DNA of 64,000 nucleotides from Escherichia phage vB_EcoM-fFiEco06, in the sequence record NC_054914.1; one strand, 5' to 3'. How positions within the stretch are numbered: position 1 is the stretch's first letter; the number at the start of each line of letters is the position of its first letter. Under the pieces are notes generated by a model. That model ran no database searches, was not told the DNA's origin, and saw nothing but the letters and a program-made list of their open reading frames with translations. The position numbers were made by a program, and so were the translations under genes. This document shows positions 51,982 through 62,643 of this stretch, one piece after another.

Positions 51982-54900
51982 ATGGCCGAGATTAAAAGAA
52001 AGTTCAGAGCAGAAGATGGTCTGGACGCAGGTGGCGATAAAATAATCAACGTAGCTTTAGCTGATCGTACCGTAGGAACTGACGGTGTTAACGTTGATTA
52101 CTTAATTCAAGAAAACACAGTTCAGCAATATGACCCAACTCGTGGATATTTAAAAGATTTTGTAATCATTTATAATAATCGTTTTTGGGCAGCAACGGAT
52201 AATATTCCAAAACCTGCTGGAAATTTTAATAGAATTCGTTGGAAAGCATTACGTACTGATGCCGTATATACAACCGTATCATCTGGACCATATCAATTAA
52301 AATCCGGAGAAGCAATTTCAGTAGATACATCAGTTGGCAATGACATTGAGTTTACTTTACCACCTTCTCCGCTTGATGGAGAAACCGTAATAATTCAAGA
52401 TATCGGTGGAAAACCTGGCATAAATCAGGTTAAAATAAATTCTTCAAATCAGAGTATTGTCAATTTTAGAGGTGAACAGGTACGTTCAGTTTTAATGACT
52501 CATCCAAAGTCACAGATGGTATTCATTTTTAATAATCGTTTGTGGCAAATGTATATTGCTGATTATAGCAGAGAAGCTGCGATTGTTACTCCATCGACTG
52601 CATATCAAGCACAATCTAATGATTTTATCGTACGTAGATTTACTTCTGCTGCACCAATTAATGTTAAACTTCCGAGATTTGCTAATCATGGCGATATTAT
52701 TAATTTCGTTGATTTAGATAAACTGAATCCACTTTATCATACAATTGTTACTACATACGATGAAACGACTTCAGTACAAGAAGTTGGAACTCATTCCATT
52801 GAAGGCCGTACATCGATTGACGGTTTCTTGATGTTTGACGATAATGAGAAATTGTGGAGATTGTTTGACGGGGATAGTAAAGCACGTTTACGCATTATAA
52901 CAACTAATTCAAATATTCGTCCAAATGAAGAAGTCATGGTATTTGGCGCGAATAATGGAACAACCCAAACAATTGAACTTCAGCTTCCGACTGATATTTC
53001 TGTTGGTGATACTGTTAAAATTTCCATGAATTACATGAGAAAAGGACAAACAGTTAAAATCAAAGCTGCTGGTGAAGATAAAATTGCTTCTTCAGTTCAA
53101 TTGCTGCAATTCCCAAAACGTTCAGAATATCCGCCTGAAGCTGAATGGGTAACAGTTCAAGAATTAGTTTTTAACGGTGAAACTAATTATGTACCAGTTT
53201 TGCAACTTGCTTATATAGAAGATTCTGATGGAAAATACTGGGTTGTACAGCAAAACGTTCCAACAGTTGAAAGAGTCGATTCTTTAAATAATTCTACTAG
53301 AGCAAGATTAGGCGTAATTGCTTTAGCTACACAAGCTCAAGCAAATGCTGATTTAGAAAATTCTCCGCAAAAAGAATTGGCAATTACTCCAGAAACGTTA
53401 GCTAATCGTACTGCTACAGAAACTCGCAGAGGTATTGCAAGAATAGCAACTACTGCTCAAGTGAATCAGAACACCACATTCTCTTTTGCAGATGACCTTA
53501 TCATCACTCCTAAAAAGCTGAATGAAAGAACTGCTACAGAAACTCGCAGAGGTGTCGCTGAAATTGCTACGCAGCAGGAAACTAATACAGGTACTGATGA
53601 TACTACAATCATTACTCCTAAAAAGCTTCAAGCTCGCCAAGGTTCTGAATCATTATCTGGTATTGTAACTTTTGTATCTACCGCAGGAGCTACTCCAGCT
53701 TCTAGTCGTGAATTAAATGGTACGAATGTTTATAATAAAAACACTAATAATTTAGTTGTTTCACCTAAAGCTTTGGATCAGTATAAAGCTACTCCAACGC
53801 AACAAGGCGCAGTAATTTTAGCAGTTGAAAGTGAAGTAATTGCTGGACAAAGCCAAGAAGGATGGGCAAATGCGGTTGTAACGCCAGAAACGTTACATAA
53901 AAAGACATCAACTGATGGAAGAATTGGTTTAATTGAAATTGCTACGCAAAGTGAAGTTAATACAGGAACTGACTATACTCGTGCAGTCACTCCTAAAACT
54001 TTAAATGACCGTAGAGCAACTGAAAGTTTAAGTGGTATAGCTGAAATTGCTACGCAAGTTGAATTCGACGCAGGCGTCGACGATACTCGTATCTCTACAC
54101 CATTAAAAATTAAAACCAGATTTAATAGTACTGATCGTACTTCTGTTGTTGCTCTATCTGGATTAGTTGAATCAGGAACTCTCTGGGACCATTATACCCT
54201 TAATATTCTTGAAGCAAATGAGACACAGCGTGGTACACTTCGTGTAGCTACACAAGTTGAAGCTGCTGCAGGAACATTGGATAATGTTCTAATAACTCCT
54301 AAAAAGCTTTTAGGTACTAAATCTACTGAAGCGCAGGAAGGCGTTATTAAAGTTGCAACTCGGTCTGAAACTGTAGCTGGAACGTCAGCAAATACTGCTG
54401 TATCTCCAAAAAATTTAAAATGGATTGTGCAGAGTGAACCTACTTGGGCAGCGACTACTGCGATAAGAGGTTTTGTTAAAACTTCGTCTGGTTCAATTAC
54501 ATTCGTTGGTAATGATACAGCTGGTTCAACACAGCCATTAGAATCATATGAGAAAAATGGTTATGCAGTATCACCATATGAATTAAATCGCGTATTAGCA
54601 AATTATTTGCCGTTAAAAGCAAAAGCCGTAGATAGTAATTTATTAGATGGTCTAGATTCGCTCCAGTTCATTCGTAGGGACATTGCACAAACAGTTAATG
54701 GTTCACTAACCTTAACCCAACAAACGAATCTGAGTGCCCCTCTTGTATCATCTAGTACTGCTACATTCGGTGGATCAGTTTCAGCAAATAGTACATTAAC
54801 TATTTCTAATACTGGAACGGCAACTCGTCTGATTTTTGAGAAAGGACCTCAAACTGGAACAAACCCGGCTCAAACGATGACAGTCAGAGTGTGGGGAAAT

Positions 54901-55851
54901 CAATTTAGCGGGGAATCAGACACAACACGTTCTACCGTATTTGAAGTTAGTGATGAAACGTCTAGTCATTTTTATTCTCAGCGTAATAAAGCTGGAAATA
55001 TAACATTTAATATCAACGGTACAGTAACACCGATAAATGTTAATGCTTCAGGAACATTGAATGCAAATGGTGTAGCAACATTTGGTAATTCAGTCACTGC
55101 AACTGGTGAAATTATTTCTCGAAGCGCAAATGCTTTCCGTGCTATTAACGGAAATTATGGTTTCATTGTTCGCAATGATGGGTCAGTAACGAATTTTATG
55201 CTTACTGCATCGGGTGATCAAACTGGCGGATTTAATGGATTGCGTCCTTTAGCTATTAATAATGCATCTGGCCAAGTAACGATTGGTGAAAGCTTAATCA
55301 TTGCAAAAGGTGCTACTATAAGTTCGGGTGGTTTGACTGTTAACTCGAGAATTCGTTCTCAGGGTACTAAAACCTCTGATTTATATACCCGTGCGCCAAC
55401 ATCTGATACAGTAGGATTCTGGTCAATCGATATTAATGATTCAGCCACTTATAACCAGTTCCCGGGTTATTTTAAAATGGTTGAAAAAACTAATGAAGTG
55501 ACTGGACTTCCATACTTAGAACGTGGTGAAGAAGTTAAATCTCCTGGTACATTGACTCAGTTTGGTAACACACTTGATTCACTTTACCAAGATTGGATTA
55601 CTTATCCAACGACCCCAGAAGCACGTACCACTCGCTGGACACGTACATGGCAGAAAACCAAAAACTCTTGGTCAAGTTTTGTTCAGGTATTTGACGGAGG
55701 TAACCCTCCTCAACCTTCAGATATAGGAGCGATCCCATCTGATAATGGAATAATAGGTAATCTTACTATTCGCGATTTCTTGCGAATTGGTAATGTTCGC
55801 ATTATTCCTGACCCAGTGAATAAAACTGTTAAATTTGAGTGGATTGAATAA
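51982..55851 (+). CDS. 34: long tail fibre proximal subunit gp34 (1289 aa)
   Basis: Length identical to T4 gp34; internal tandem repeats. Confidence 0.9.
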   Translation: MAEIKRKFRAEDGLDAGGDKIINVALADRTVGTDGVNVDYLIQENTVQQYDPTRGYLKDFVIIYNNRFWAATDNIPKPAGNFNRIRWKALRTDAVYTTVSSGPYQLKSGEAISVDTSVGNDIEFTLPPSPLDGETVIIQDIGGKPGINQVKINSSNQSIVNFRGEQVRSVLMTHPKSQMVFIFNNRLWQMYIADYSREAAIVTPSTAYQAQSNDFIVRRFTSAAPINVKLPRFANHGDIINFVDLDKLNPLYHTIVTTYDETTSVQEVGTHSIEGRTSIDGFLMFDDNEKLWRLFDGDSKARLRIITTNSNIRPNEEVMVFGANNGTTQTIELQLPTDISVGDTVKISMNYMRKGQTVKIKAAGEDKIASSVQLLQFPKRSEYPPEAEWVTVQELVFNGETNYVPVLQLAYIEDSDGKYWVVQQNVPTVERVDSLNNSTRARLGVIALATQAQANADLENSPQKELAITPETLANRTATETRRGIARIATTAQVNQNTTFSFADDLIITPKKLNERTATETRRGVAEIATQQETNTGTDDTTIITPKKLQARQGSESLSGIVTFVSTAGATPASSRELNGTNVYNKNTNNLVVSPKALDQYKATPTQQGAVILAVESEVIAGQSQEGWANAVVTPETLHKKTSTDGRIGLIEIATQSEVNTGTDYTRAVTPKTLNDRRATESLSGIAEIATQVEFDAGVDDTRISTPLKIKTRFNSTDRTSVVALSGLVESGTLWDHYTLNILEANETQRGTLRVATQVEAAAGTLDNVLITPKKLLGTKSTEAQEGVIKVATRSETVAGTSANTAVSPKNLKWIVQSEPTWAATTAIRGFVKTSSGSITFVGNDTAGSTQPLESYEKNGYAVSPYELNRVLANYLPLKAKAVDSNLLDGLDSLQFIRRDIAQTVNGSLTLTQQTNLSAPLVSSSTATFGGSVSANSTLTISNTGTATRLIFEKGPQTGTNPAQTMTVRVWGNQFSGESDTTRSTVFEVSDETSSHFYSQRNKAGNITFNINGTVTPINVNASGTLNANGVATFGNSVTATGEIISRSANAFRAINGNYGFIVRNDGSVTNFMLTASGDQTGGFNGLRPLAINNASGQVTIGESLIIAKGATISSGGLTVNSRIRSQGTKTSDLYTRAPTSDTVGFWSIDINDSATYNQFPGYFKMVEKTNEVTGLPYLERGEEVKSPGTLTQFGNTLDSLYQDWITYPTTPEARTTRWTRTWQKTKNSWSSFVQVFDGGNPPQPSDIGAIPSDNGIIGNLTIRDFLRIGNVRIIPDPVNKTVKFEWIE
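53299..54427 (+). repeat. tandem ~40-residue repeats within gp34 (motif ...TE.RRG.A.IAT..E.N.GTDDT..ITP.KL...), with DNA-level repeats such as ACTGCTACAGAAACTCGCAGAGGT
   Basis: Repeated peptide motif seen at least six times; near-identical 24-nt DNA segment twice. Confidence 0.7.
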
Positions 55852-55859
55852 GAGGTATT

Positions 55860-56975
55860 ATGGAAAAATTTATGGCAGAGTTTGGACAAGGATATGTCCA
55901 AACGCCATTTTTATCGGAAAGCAATTCAGTAAGATATAAAATAAGCATAGCGGGTTCTTGCCCGCTTTCTACTGCGGGGCCATATGTTAAATTTCAGGAT
56001 AATCCCGTTGGAAATCAAACATTTAGTGCAGGTCTTCATTTAAGAGTTTTTGACCCTTCTACAGGAGCATTAGTTGATAGTAAGTCATATGCTTTTTCTA
56101 CTTCAAATAATACTACATCAGCTGCTTTTGTTAGTTTCATGAATTCTTTGTCAAACAATAGACTTGTTGCTATATTAACTAGCGGAAAGGTTAATTTTCC
56201 TCCTGAAGTGGTATCTTGGTTAAGGGGAGCAGGAACTTCAGTTTTTCCATCAGATTCAGTATTGTCAAGATTTGACGTATCATATGCTGCTTTTTATACT
56301 TCTTCTAAAAGAGCTATTGCATTAGAGCATGTTAAACTAAGTAATAGAAAAAGCACAGATGATTATCAAACTATTTTAGATGTTGTATTTGATAGTTTAG
56401 AAGACGTCGGAGCGACAGGATTTCCAAAAAGAACTTATGAAAGTGTCGAGCAATTCATGTCAGCAGTTGGTGGAACTAATAACGAAATTGCGCGATTGCC
56501 AACTTCAGCTGCTATAAGTAAACTTTCTGACTATAATTTAATTCCTGGTGATGTTCTTTATCTTAAAGCACAGTTATATGCTGATGCTGATTTACTTGAT
56601 CTTGGAACTACAAACATATCCATTCGTTTTTATGATGCATCAAATGGATATATTTCCTCGACCCAAGCTGAGTTTACTGGGCAAGCTGGGTCTTGGGAAT
56701 TAAAAGAAGACTATGTAGTTGTTCCAGAAAACGCCGTAGGATTTACGATATATGCGCAAAGAACTGCTCAAGCAGGTCAAGGCGGCATGAGAAATTTAAG
56801 TTTTTCTGAAGTATCAAGAAATGGCGGCATTTCAAAACCTGCCGAATTTGGCGTCAACGGTATTCGCGTTAATTATGTCTGTGAATCGGCTTCACCTCCA
56901 GATATAATGGTACTTCCTACACAAGCCTCTTCTAAAACTGGCAAAGTGTTTGGACAGGAATTTAGAGAAGTTTAA
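55860..56975 (+). CDS. 35: long tail fibre hinge protein gp35
   Basis: 371 aa; position between 34 and 36. Confidence 0.85.
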   Translation: MEKFMAEFGQGYVQTPFLSESNSVRYKISIAGSCPLSTAGPYVKFQDNPVGNQTFSAGLHLRVFDPSTGALVDSKSYAFSTSNNTTSAAFVSFMNSLSNNRLVAILTSGKVNFPPEVVSWLRGAGTSVFPSDSVLSRFDVSYAAFYTSSKRAIALEHVKLSNRKSTDDYQTILDVVFDSLEDVGATGFPKRTYESVEQFMSAVGGTNNEIARLPTSAAISKLSDYNLIPGDVLYLKAQLYADADLLDLGTTNISIRFYDASNGYISSTQAEFTGQAGSWELKEDYVVVPENAVGFTIYAQRTAQAGQGGMRNLSFSEVSRNGGISKPAEFGVNGIRVNYVCESASPPDIMVLPTQASSKTGKVFGQEFREV

Positions 56976-56980
56976 ACTGA

Positions 56981-56998
56981 GGGAGCCTTCGGGTTCCC
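56981..56998 (+). terminator. GGGAGCC-UUCG-GGUUCCC hairpin + U-tract after gene 35
   Basis: 7-bp stem (one G-U pair), UUCG loop, followed by TTTTTC. Confidence 0.7.
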
Positions 56999-57006
56999 TT
57001 TTTCTT

Positions 57007-57014
57007 TATAAATA
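57007..57014 (+). promoter_or_regulatory. late promoter TATAAATA for gene 36
   Basis: Exact match 24 nt upstream of ATG 57038. Confidence 0.7.
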
Positions 57015-57037
57015 ATATTAAAATAAAGGGGCATATA

Positions 57038-57688
57038 ATGGCTGATTTAAAAGTAGGTTCAACTGTGGGTGGATCTGTCATTTGGCATCAAGGAAATTTT
57101 CCATTGAATTCAGCCGGTGACGATGTACTCTACAAATCATTTAAAATATATTCAGAATATAATAAACCGCAGGCAGCTGATAACGATTTCGTTTCTAAAG
57201 CTAATGGTGGTACTTACGCCGGTCCAATTACTATTAATTACGGGGTAAATAGTTATCTTCAATTAAGTAATAATGAAACCCCTATCCGAATTCGTTCTGG
57301 TGGCGGCACTGGTAATACTCTTGTAGTTGGTGGCTCTTCTGGCGGTATTAGTTTTAGACCAGCAGGTAGTGAAATCACTACTGGACAAATTACTATTACG
57401 CCAGAAGGTTTGACAACATTTACCAAAGCTGTAACGGCTCCATCTGTAACTGTTACATCTACTCCTTCCGCAGCATCTGATGTTACTCGCAAAGATTATG
57501 TTGATGGAGCAATAAATACTGTTACAGCAAATGCAAACTCTAGGGTATTACGCTCTGGAGACACTATGACAGGAAATTTAACTGCGCCAAACCTTTTTTC
57601 ACAGAATCCTGCATCTCAACCTTCACACGTTCCACGATTTGACCAAATCGTAATTAAGGATTCTGTTCAAGATTTCGGCTATTATTAA
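57038..57688 (+). CDS. 36: long tail fibre distal connector gp36
   Basis: 216 aa; position. Confidence 0.85.
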   Translation: MADLKVGSTVGGSVIWHQGNFPLNSAGDDVLYKSFKIYSEYNKPQAADNDFVSKANGGTYAGPITINYGVNSYLQLSNNETPIRIRSGGGTGNTLVVGGSSGGISFRPAGSEITTGQITITPEGLTTFTKAVTAPSVTVTSTPSAASDVTRKDYVDGAINTVTANANSRVLRSGDTMTGNLTAPNLFSQNPASQPSHVPRFDQIVIKDSVQDFGYY

Positions 57689-57696
57689 GAGGACTT

Positions 57697-60681
57697 ATGG
57701 CTACTTTAAAACAAATACAATTTAAAAGAAGCAAAACTGCAGGTCAACGTCCTGCTGCTTCAGTATTAGCCGAAGGTGAATTGGCTATAAACTTAAAAGA
57801 TAAAACAATTTTCACAAAAGATGACTCAGGTAGTGTTATAGAATTAGGTTTAAAATATGGAGGAACAATTGATGGTTCTTTAACTGTTAATGGAAATATA
57901 ATTGGAAATTTAACAGGTAACGCTGCAACTGCAACGAAATTAAAAACAGCACGAAAAATTAATGGTATATCCTTTGATGGGTCAAAAGATATCACGCTAA
58001 CTCCATCTGACATAAATGTCAATAGCACAACGTTTATAAAAAATAATGGCGAATTACCTGTTGATGCTAATTTAGATACGTATGGGCCTGTTGAAGAATG
58101 TCTTGGAGTTTGGTCGAAAGCAACTTCAACCAACGCTCAACCAGCAAATAAATTTCCAGAAGAAAATGCTGTAGGTGTGCTAGAAGTATTTGTGGCCGGT
58201 CAATTTGCTGGTACTCAGAGATATACAACTAGATACGGAAATGTTTATATTCGTTCCTTGACTGCTACATGGAACGGAGTAAATGGTCCGTGGAGTGTGT
58301 GGCGAAATATTCAATCTGGTACTCGTCCACTGTCAACAACAATTGATCTTAATGATCTAGGAGGCGCTGAACACTTTGGTTTGTGGCGAAATAGTTCAAA
58401 TTCCATTGCTACCTTTGACAGAAATTTCCCAGAAGAAGGATCGTCCGCTCAAGGACTTTTAGAAGTATATGAAGGTGGAAACTATTCTCGCACACAGAGA
58501 TATACGACCAGATTTGGTGTTGTTTATACTCGTTGTCTTACTGCTGCGTGGGATGCTTCTGCGCCTAAATGGGGACCTTGGCAACAAGTCGGTAATGTCA
58601 CACCGGCGACTTTCTATGACGGAGATCTGAATGATTTTAAAACTCCTGGGTTATATAATATTTTAGGCACTGATGCCGTTATTAACTGTCCTACCGGTGA
58701 AGGTTTGCCGACTGTTATTGTTGGTTTGCTGGAAGTTAAACAGCGTGCTTCTGGCGGTGCTATTTTCCAAAAATTTACTACTGCCGGAACGGGTGCAACT
58801 ACTCGCGATCGTATTTTTGAGCGTGCATATACTGGTGGTGTGTGGGGTGCATGGAACGAAGTATATACATCTTATTCTCTTCCAATTACTTTGGGTATGG
58901 GTGGTATTAAAGCTCAATTAGCGGAGTTAGATTGGCAAACCTTTGATTTTGTTCCTGGTAGTATGTTTAGCGTTCCTTTGAACAAAATAAAGAACATGCC
59001 AGCAAATATGGATTGGGGGACGATTGACGGAAACCTGGTTATGTTTTCCGTTGGTCCTAGCGAACACACTAGCACAGGGCGTACTGTTCAGGTTTGGCGC
59101 GGTACTGTATCCCAGACAAACTACCGTTATTTTGTCGTTCGTGTGTTCGGTAATTCTGGAAATAGAACTTGCACAGTCCGCCGTGTTGTTCTTGAAGATG
59201 GTCGCCACACATGGACAGCTCAACAAGATTTTAATGGTGCTGTTAACTTCGGTGCTCCTACCAATTTTAACTCTACTGTTAACCTTAATAACACTACCAC
59301 ATTTAAAACAGAAGTTAAATTCCGCTCATCTAATGCATTCCGTATGTATGGCGGAAAATTTGGTACAATTTTCCGTAATGATGGAGAGAGTCTTTATATT
59401 CTTTCCACCGACGAAAATGATCAAGATGGAAACTTTAATACAAATAGACCTTTCCGTTATGAATTAAGAACTGGTGATGTTACTTTGGGTGGTACTAGTG
59501 GTGCTAACGTTTTAAAATTAAAACGCGATTCTCTCACCGCATTTTTTGGTGGTGATATTAATATAAAAGGCTTGATGACTTTTGATGCCGGACGTTTAGG
59601 ATCACGAGATTATTTTAAATTTAACCATTGGGGTGATAGTAATAATGCGCGCGATAACATTATTCAGTTAGAAGACAGCAAAGGCGTTCATTTTTCCACT
59701 GAACGTACTTTAGCGACTGGTGCAATTAAAACTAAATTCTTTGGTGAAGTTGAATCCGAAGGTAGATTGATTATTAAACGTCCGGGTGATTCTATTGTAT
59801 TATCAACAACTGCTGGTAATGCTTTGCATATTCGTGGTGACGTAGACGGGAGTGGTAACTGGTATATTGGTAAGGGTGGTGCTGATAATTCGCTAGCATT
59901 TTATAGCTATGCTACTCAGGCGGCAGTACATATCACAAACAATGGTGAGATTTCGCTAAATCCACAAAATATCGCAATGGTTAACGTTAACCGCGATCGT
60001 GTACACATTAACGGTTCTGGATGGATTGCTAGACAACCGGGTGATTGGGGCAACCAATGGCGAGTAGAAGCTCCATTATTCGTCGATCATGGTTATGTTT
60101 CACAGGATTGTTATTATCCAATTATTAAAGGAAGAAGTGTAATCACCAATCAAGGGTTTGTAACTGCCGTCGATCTTGGTATTCGTCGTGTCCCTAACAA
60201 TTGGGGGCAAGCAATTATTCGTGTTGGATCTGCAGAGGCATCGCCAGCGGCTGGACACCCTAACGCGGTATTTGAATTTCATTACGACGGTACTTTCTAT
60301 TCTCCTGGTAATGGTAACTTTAACGATGTGTATATTCGTTCCGATGGTCGTCTTAAGATTAATAAAAAAGAGCTAGAAAACGGAGCACTTGAAAAAGTAT
60401 GTCGACTGAAAGTTTATATTTACGATAAAGTTAAGTCTATTAAAGACCGTAGTGTTATTAAACGTGAAGTTGGTATTATTGCTCAGGACCTTGAAAAGGA
60501 ATTACCGGAAGCTGTATCTAAAGTTGAAGTTGATGGATCTGATGTTCTGACAATTTCTAACTCTGCTGTGAATGCTCTTTTAATTAAGGCTATTCAGGAA
60601 ATGAGTGAAGAAATTAAAGAATTGAAAACGCCTCTCTTTACTAAAATTGCTCGCAAAATTAGTAAATATTTTAAATTCTAA
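57697..60681 (+). CDS. 37: long tail fibre distal subunit gp37 (994 aa), T2-type with C-terminal intramolecular chaperone-like domain
   Basis: Position/size; N-terminus conserved with T4 gp37; C-terminal SDGRLK motif. Confidence 0.9.
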   Translation: MATLKQIQFKRSKTAGQRPAASVLAEGELAINLKDKTIFTKDDSGSVIELGLKYGGTIDGSLTVNGNIIGNLTGNAATATKLKTARKINGISFDGSKDITLTPSDINVNSTTFIKNNGELPVDANLDTYGPVEECLGVWSKATSTNAQPANKFPEENAVGVLEVFVAGQFAGTQRYTTRYGNVYIRSLTATWNGVNGPWSVWRNIQSGTRPLSTTIDLNDLGGAEHFGLWRNSSNSIATFDRNFPEEGSSAQGLLEVYEGGNYSRTQRYTTRFGVVYTRCLTAAWDASAPKWGPWQQVGNVTPATFYDGDLNDFKTPGLYNILGTDAVINCPTGEGLPTVIVGLLEVKQRASGGAIFQKFTTAGTGATTRDRIFERAYTGGVWGAWNEVYTSYSLPITLGMGGIKAQLAELDWQTFDFVPGSMFSVPLNKIKNMPANMDWGTIDGNLVMFSVGPSEHTSTGRTVQVWRGTVSQTNYRYFVVRVFGNSGNRTCTVRRVVLEDGRHTWTAQQDFNGAVNFGAPTNFNSTVNLNNTTTFKTEVKFRSSNAFRMYGGKFGTIFRNDGESLYILSTDENDQDGNFNTNRPFRYELRTGDVTLGGTSGANVLKLKRDSLTAFFGGDINIKGLMTFDAGRLGSRDYFKFNHWGDSNNARDNIIQLEDSKGVHFSTERTLATGAIKTKFFGEVESEGRLIIKRPGDSIVLSTTAGNALHIRGDVDGSGNWYIGKGGADNSLAFYSYATQAAVHITNNGEISLNPQNIAMVNVNRDRVHINGSGWIARQPGDWGNQWRVEAPLFVDHGYVSQDCYYPIIKGRSVITNQGFVTAVDLGIRRVPNNWGQAIIRVGSAEASPAAGHPNAVFEFHYDGTFYSPGNGNFNDVYIRSDGRLKINKKELENGALEKVCRLKVYIYDKVKSIKDRSVIKREVGIIAQDLEKELPEAVSKVEVDGSDVLTISNSAVNALLIKAIQEMSEEIKELKTPLFTKIARKISKYFKF

Positions 60682-60687
60682 CAACAA

Positions 60688-60702
60688 GGGGGAAATGCCC
60701 CC
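60688..60702 (+). terminator. GGGGG-AAAUG-CCCCC hairpin + UUU after gene 37
   Basis: 5-bp G/C stem read directly. Confidence 0.55.
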
Positions 60703-60716
60703 TTTGGAGTATAATT

Positions 60717-61517
60717 ATGGCAGTAGTTGGTGTTCCTGGTTGGATTGGAAGTTCAGCCGCAAATGAAACAGGACAGCGCTGGATGAGTCAAGCGGCTGGT
60801 CAATTAAGATTGGGTGTTCCTTGCTGGATGAGTCAATTTGCAGGTCGCTCACGAGAAATTATTCACACCCTTGGAGCGGACCATAACTTCAATGGTCAAT
60901 GGTTCCGAGATAGATGTTTTGAGGCAGGTAGTGCACCTATAGTGTTTAATATTACCGGAAATTTGGTATCATATTCTAGAGACGTTCCTTTATTCTTCAT
61001 GTATGGAGATACACCTAATGAATATGTTCAGTTGAATATTGGTGGCGGCGTCCATATGTGGGGTAGAGGTGGACAAGGTGGATGGACCCATTCCGGCGGA
61101 GATGGTAATGGTCAACAAGGTGGTCATTGTATTCAAAATGACATCGGTGGACGATTAAGAATTAATAACGGTGGAGTAATTTGTGGTGGAGGTGGAGGTG
61201 GAGGTGGTATCGCTTATCGTCCTCACTCTGGTGCAAATTGGCAAGATATTGGTGGTGGTGGAGGAAGACCATTTGGCCCAGGAGGAGGCGGAGGTTATTC
61301 CGGCGGCGCAGCTTCTTATGATGGCCCAGGAGGTGGTTATAATTATGGTAATGCTCACTCTGGCCAGGGTGGTGATGCTGGCGCAAATGGACAAAATGCC
61401 TGGTATGATGGCGGTAAAGTTCTAAAAGTTGGAGCTGGTGGCGCTGCCGGATATGCTGTTATAGGATCAGCTCCAACATGGCAAAATGTTGGAGTAATAT
61501 ATGGTCCAAGGGTATAA
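60717..61517 (+). CDS. 38: gp38 receptor-binding adhesin (T2/T6 type, glycine-rich motifs), 266 aa
   Basis: Conserved N-terminal domain followed by Gly-rich motifs and variable segments; between 37 and t. Confidence 0.8.
   Translation: MAVVGVPGWIGSSAANETGQRWMSQAAGQLRLGVPCWMSQFAGRSREIIHTLGADHNFNGQWFRDRCFEAGSAPIVFNITGNLVSYSRDVPLFFMYGDTPNEYVQLNIGGGVHMWGRGGQGGWTHSGGDGNGQQGGHCIQNDIGGRLRINNGGVICGGGGGGGGIAYRPHSGANWQDIGGGGGRPFGPGGGGGYSGGAASYDGPGGGYNYGNAHSGQGGDAGANGQNAWYDGGKVLKVGAGGAAGYAVIGSAPTWQNVGVIYGPRV
61035..61451 (+). repeat. glycine-rich motif region of gp38 (GGG.., GGGGGGGG, GGGGG, GGGGG runs separated by variable segments)
   Basis: Poly-Gly runs in translation; GGT/GGA/GGC codon runs in DNA. 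Confidence 0.8.
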
Positions 61518-61548
61518 TTTTGAATAAATATCCTTAAAAGGAGGGTCT

Positions 61549-62205
61549 ATGGCAGCACCTAGAATATCATTTTCGCCCTCTGATATTCTATTTGGTGTTC
61601 TAGATCGCTTGTTCAAAGATAACGCTACCGGGAAAGTTCTTGCTTCTCGGGTAGCTGTCGTAATTCTTTTGTTTATGATGGCGATTGTTTGGTATAGGGG
61701 AGATAGTTTCTTTGAGTACTATAAGCAATCAAAGTATGAAACATACAGTGAAATTATTGAAAAGGAAAGAAATGCACGCTTTGAATCTGTCGCCCTGGAA
61801 CAACTCCAGATAGTTCACATATCATCTGAGGCAGACTTTAGTGCGGTGTATTCTTTCCGCCCTAAAAACTTAAACTATTTTGTTGATATTATAGCATATG
61901 AAGGAAAATTACCTTCAACAATAAGTGAAAAATCACTTGGAGGATATCCTGTTGATAAAACTATGGATGAATATACAGTTCATTTAAATGGACGTCATTA
62001 TTATTCCGACTCAAAATTTGCTTTTTTACCAACTAAAAAGCCTACTCCCGAAATAAACTACATGTACAGTTGTCCATATTTTAATTTGGATAATATCTAT
62101 GCTGGAACGATAACCATGTACTGGTATAGAAATGATCATATAAGTAATGACCGCCTTGAATCAATATGTGCTCAGGCGGCCAGAATATTAGGAAGGGCTA
62201 AATAA
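61549..62205 (+). CDS. t: holin T (218 aa)
   Basis: Sequence recognisable as T4 T holin (MAAPRISFSPSDILFGVLDRLFKDN...; single TMD, large periplasmic domain). Confidence 0.93.
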   Translation: MAAPRISFSPSDILFGVLDRLFKDNATGKVLASRVAVVILLFMMAIVWYRGDSFFEYYKQSKYETYSEIIEKERNARFESVALEQLQIVHISSEADFSAVYSFRPKNLNYFVDIIAYEGKLPSTISEKSLGGYPVDKTMDEYTVHLNGRHYYSDSKFAFLPTKKPTPEINYMYSCPYFNLDNIYAGTITMYWYRNDHISNDRLESICAQAARILGRAK

Positions 62206-62478
62206 TTATTTGTTCGTATACATTTCTAGATATCGATATACACCCTCAAAACCCTCGTTGAATTCATCGATGAGGGTTTTCTTATCTTCTTGAGTTAATT
62301 CAGAAACAATTTTACGAAATGAATTCTGATTTAACTTTCTACCTTCATGCGTTACTCCAATCTCATTAAGAAATGCAATAAAATTAGCACGATTCTCAAC
62401 AATATCTTCTCTGGAAAATTTAATCAAAATAGATGCAACAGTAATAATTTCACGAACTGTATCAATGTTTTTATTCAT
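62206..62478 (-). CDS. asiA: anti-sigma70 factor AsiA (90 aa)
   Basis: Sequence recognisable as T4 AsiA (MNKNIDTVREIITVASILIKFSRED...). Confidence 0.93.
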   Translation of the reverse strand: MNKNIDTVREIITVASILIKFSREDIVENRANFIAFLNEIGVTHEGRKLNQNSFRKIVSELTQEDKKTLIDEFNEGFEGVYRYLEMYTNK

Positions 62479-62490
62479 TAACTATACCAC

Positions 62491-62643
62491 TCAATTAGTT
62501 GACTTTGTTATAATATCATCAGACGCTTGATTTGTAAACTGGTCTGTGTTATTTTCTTCAAAAATTTTTTCTACGAATTCCTTGAACGACTCGCGTTCCT
62601 GAGCTACATTATGCTCGATTACCTTTTCAAGATTATGACTCAT
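62491..62643 (-). CDS. candidate small ORF, 50 aa (MSHNLEKVIEHNVAQERESFKEF...), ATGA-coupled to upstream arn-like gene; not in ORF track
   Basis: Hand translation; start overlaps upstream stop. Confidence 0.3.
   Translation of the reverse strand: MSHNLEKVIEHNVAQERESFKEFVEKIFEENNTDQFTNQASDDIITKSTN

Noticed and set aside
53398-53640. Antisense ORF inside gene 34
   Set aside because: Reverse complement of the gp34 repeat region; artefact of repetitive coding sequence.
58663-59467. Overlapping short ORFs on both strands inside gene 37
   Set aside because: Nested in the tail fibre gene; no RBS; hydrophobic nonsense-like translations.
61155-61425. His-rich and other alternative-frame ORFs over the gp38 glycine-rich region
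   Set aside because: Frame-shifted or antisense readings of GGN repeats; compositional artefacts.
61035-61451. Possible CRISPR-like or microsatellite array (GGTGGAGGT repeats)
   Set aside because: Repeats are irregular, in-frame and encode poly-glycine motifs of gp38; no spacer/repeat periodicity.
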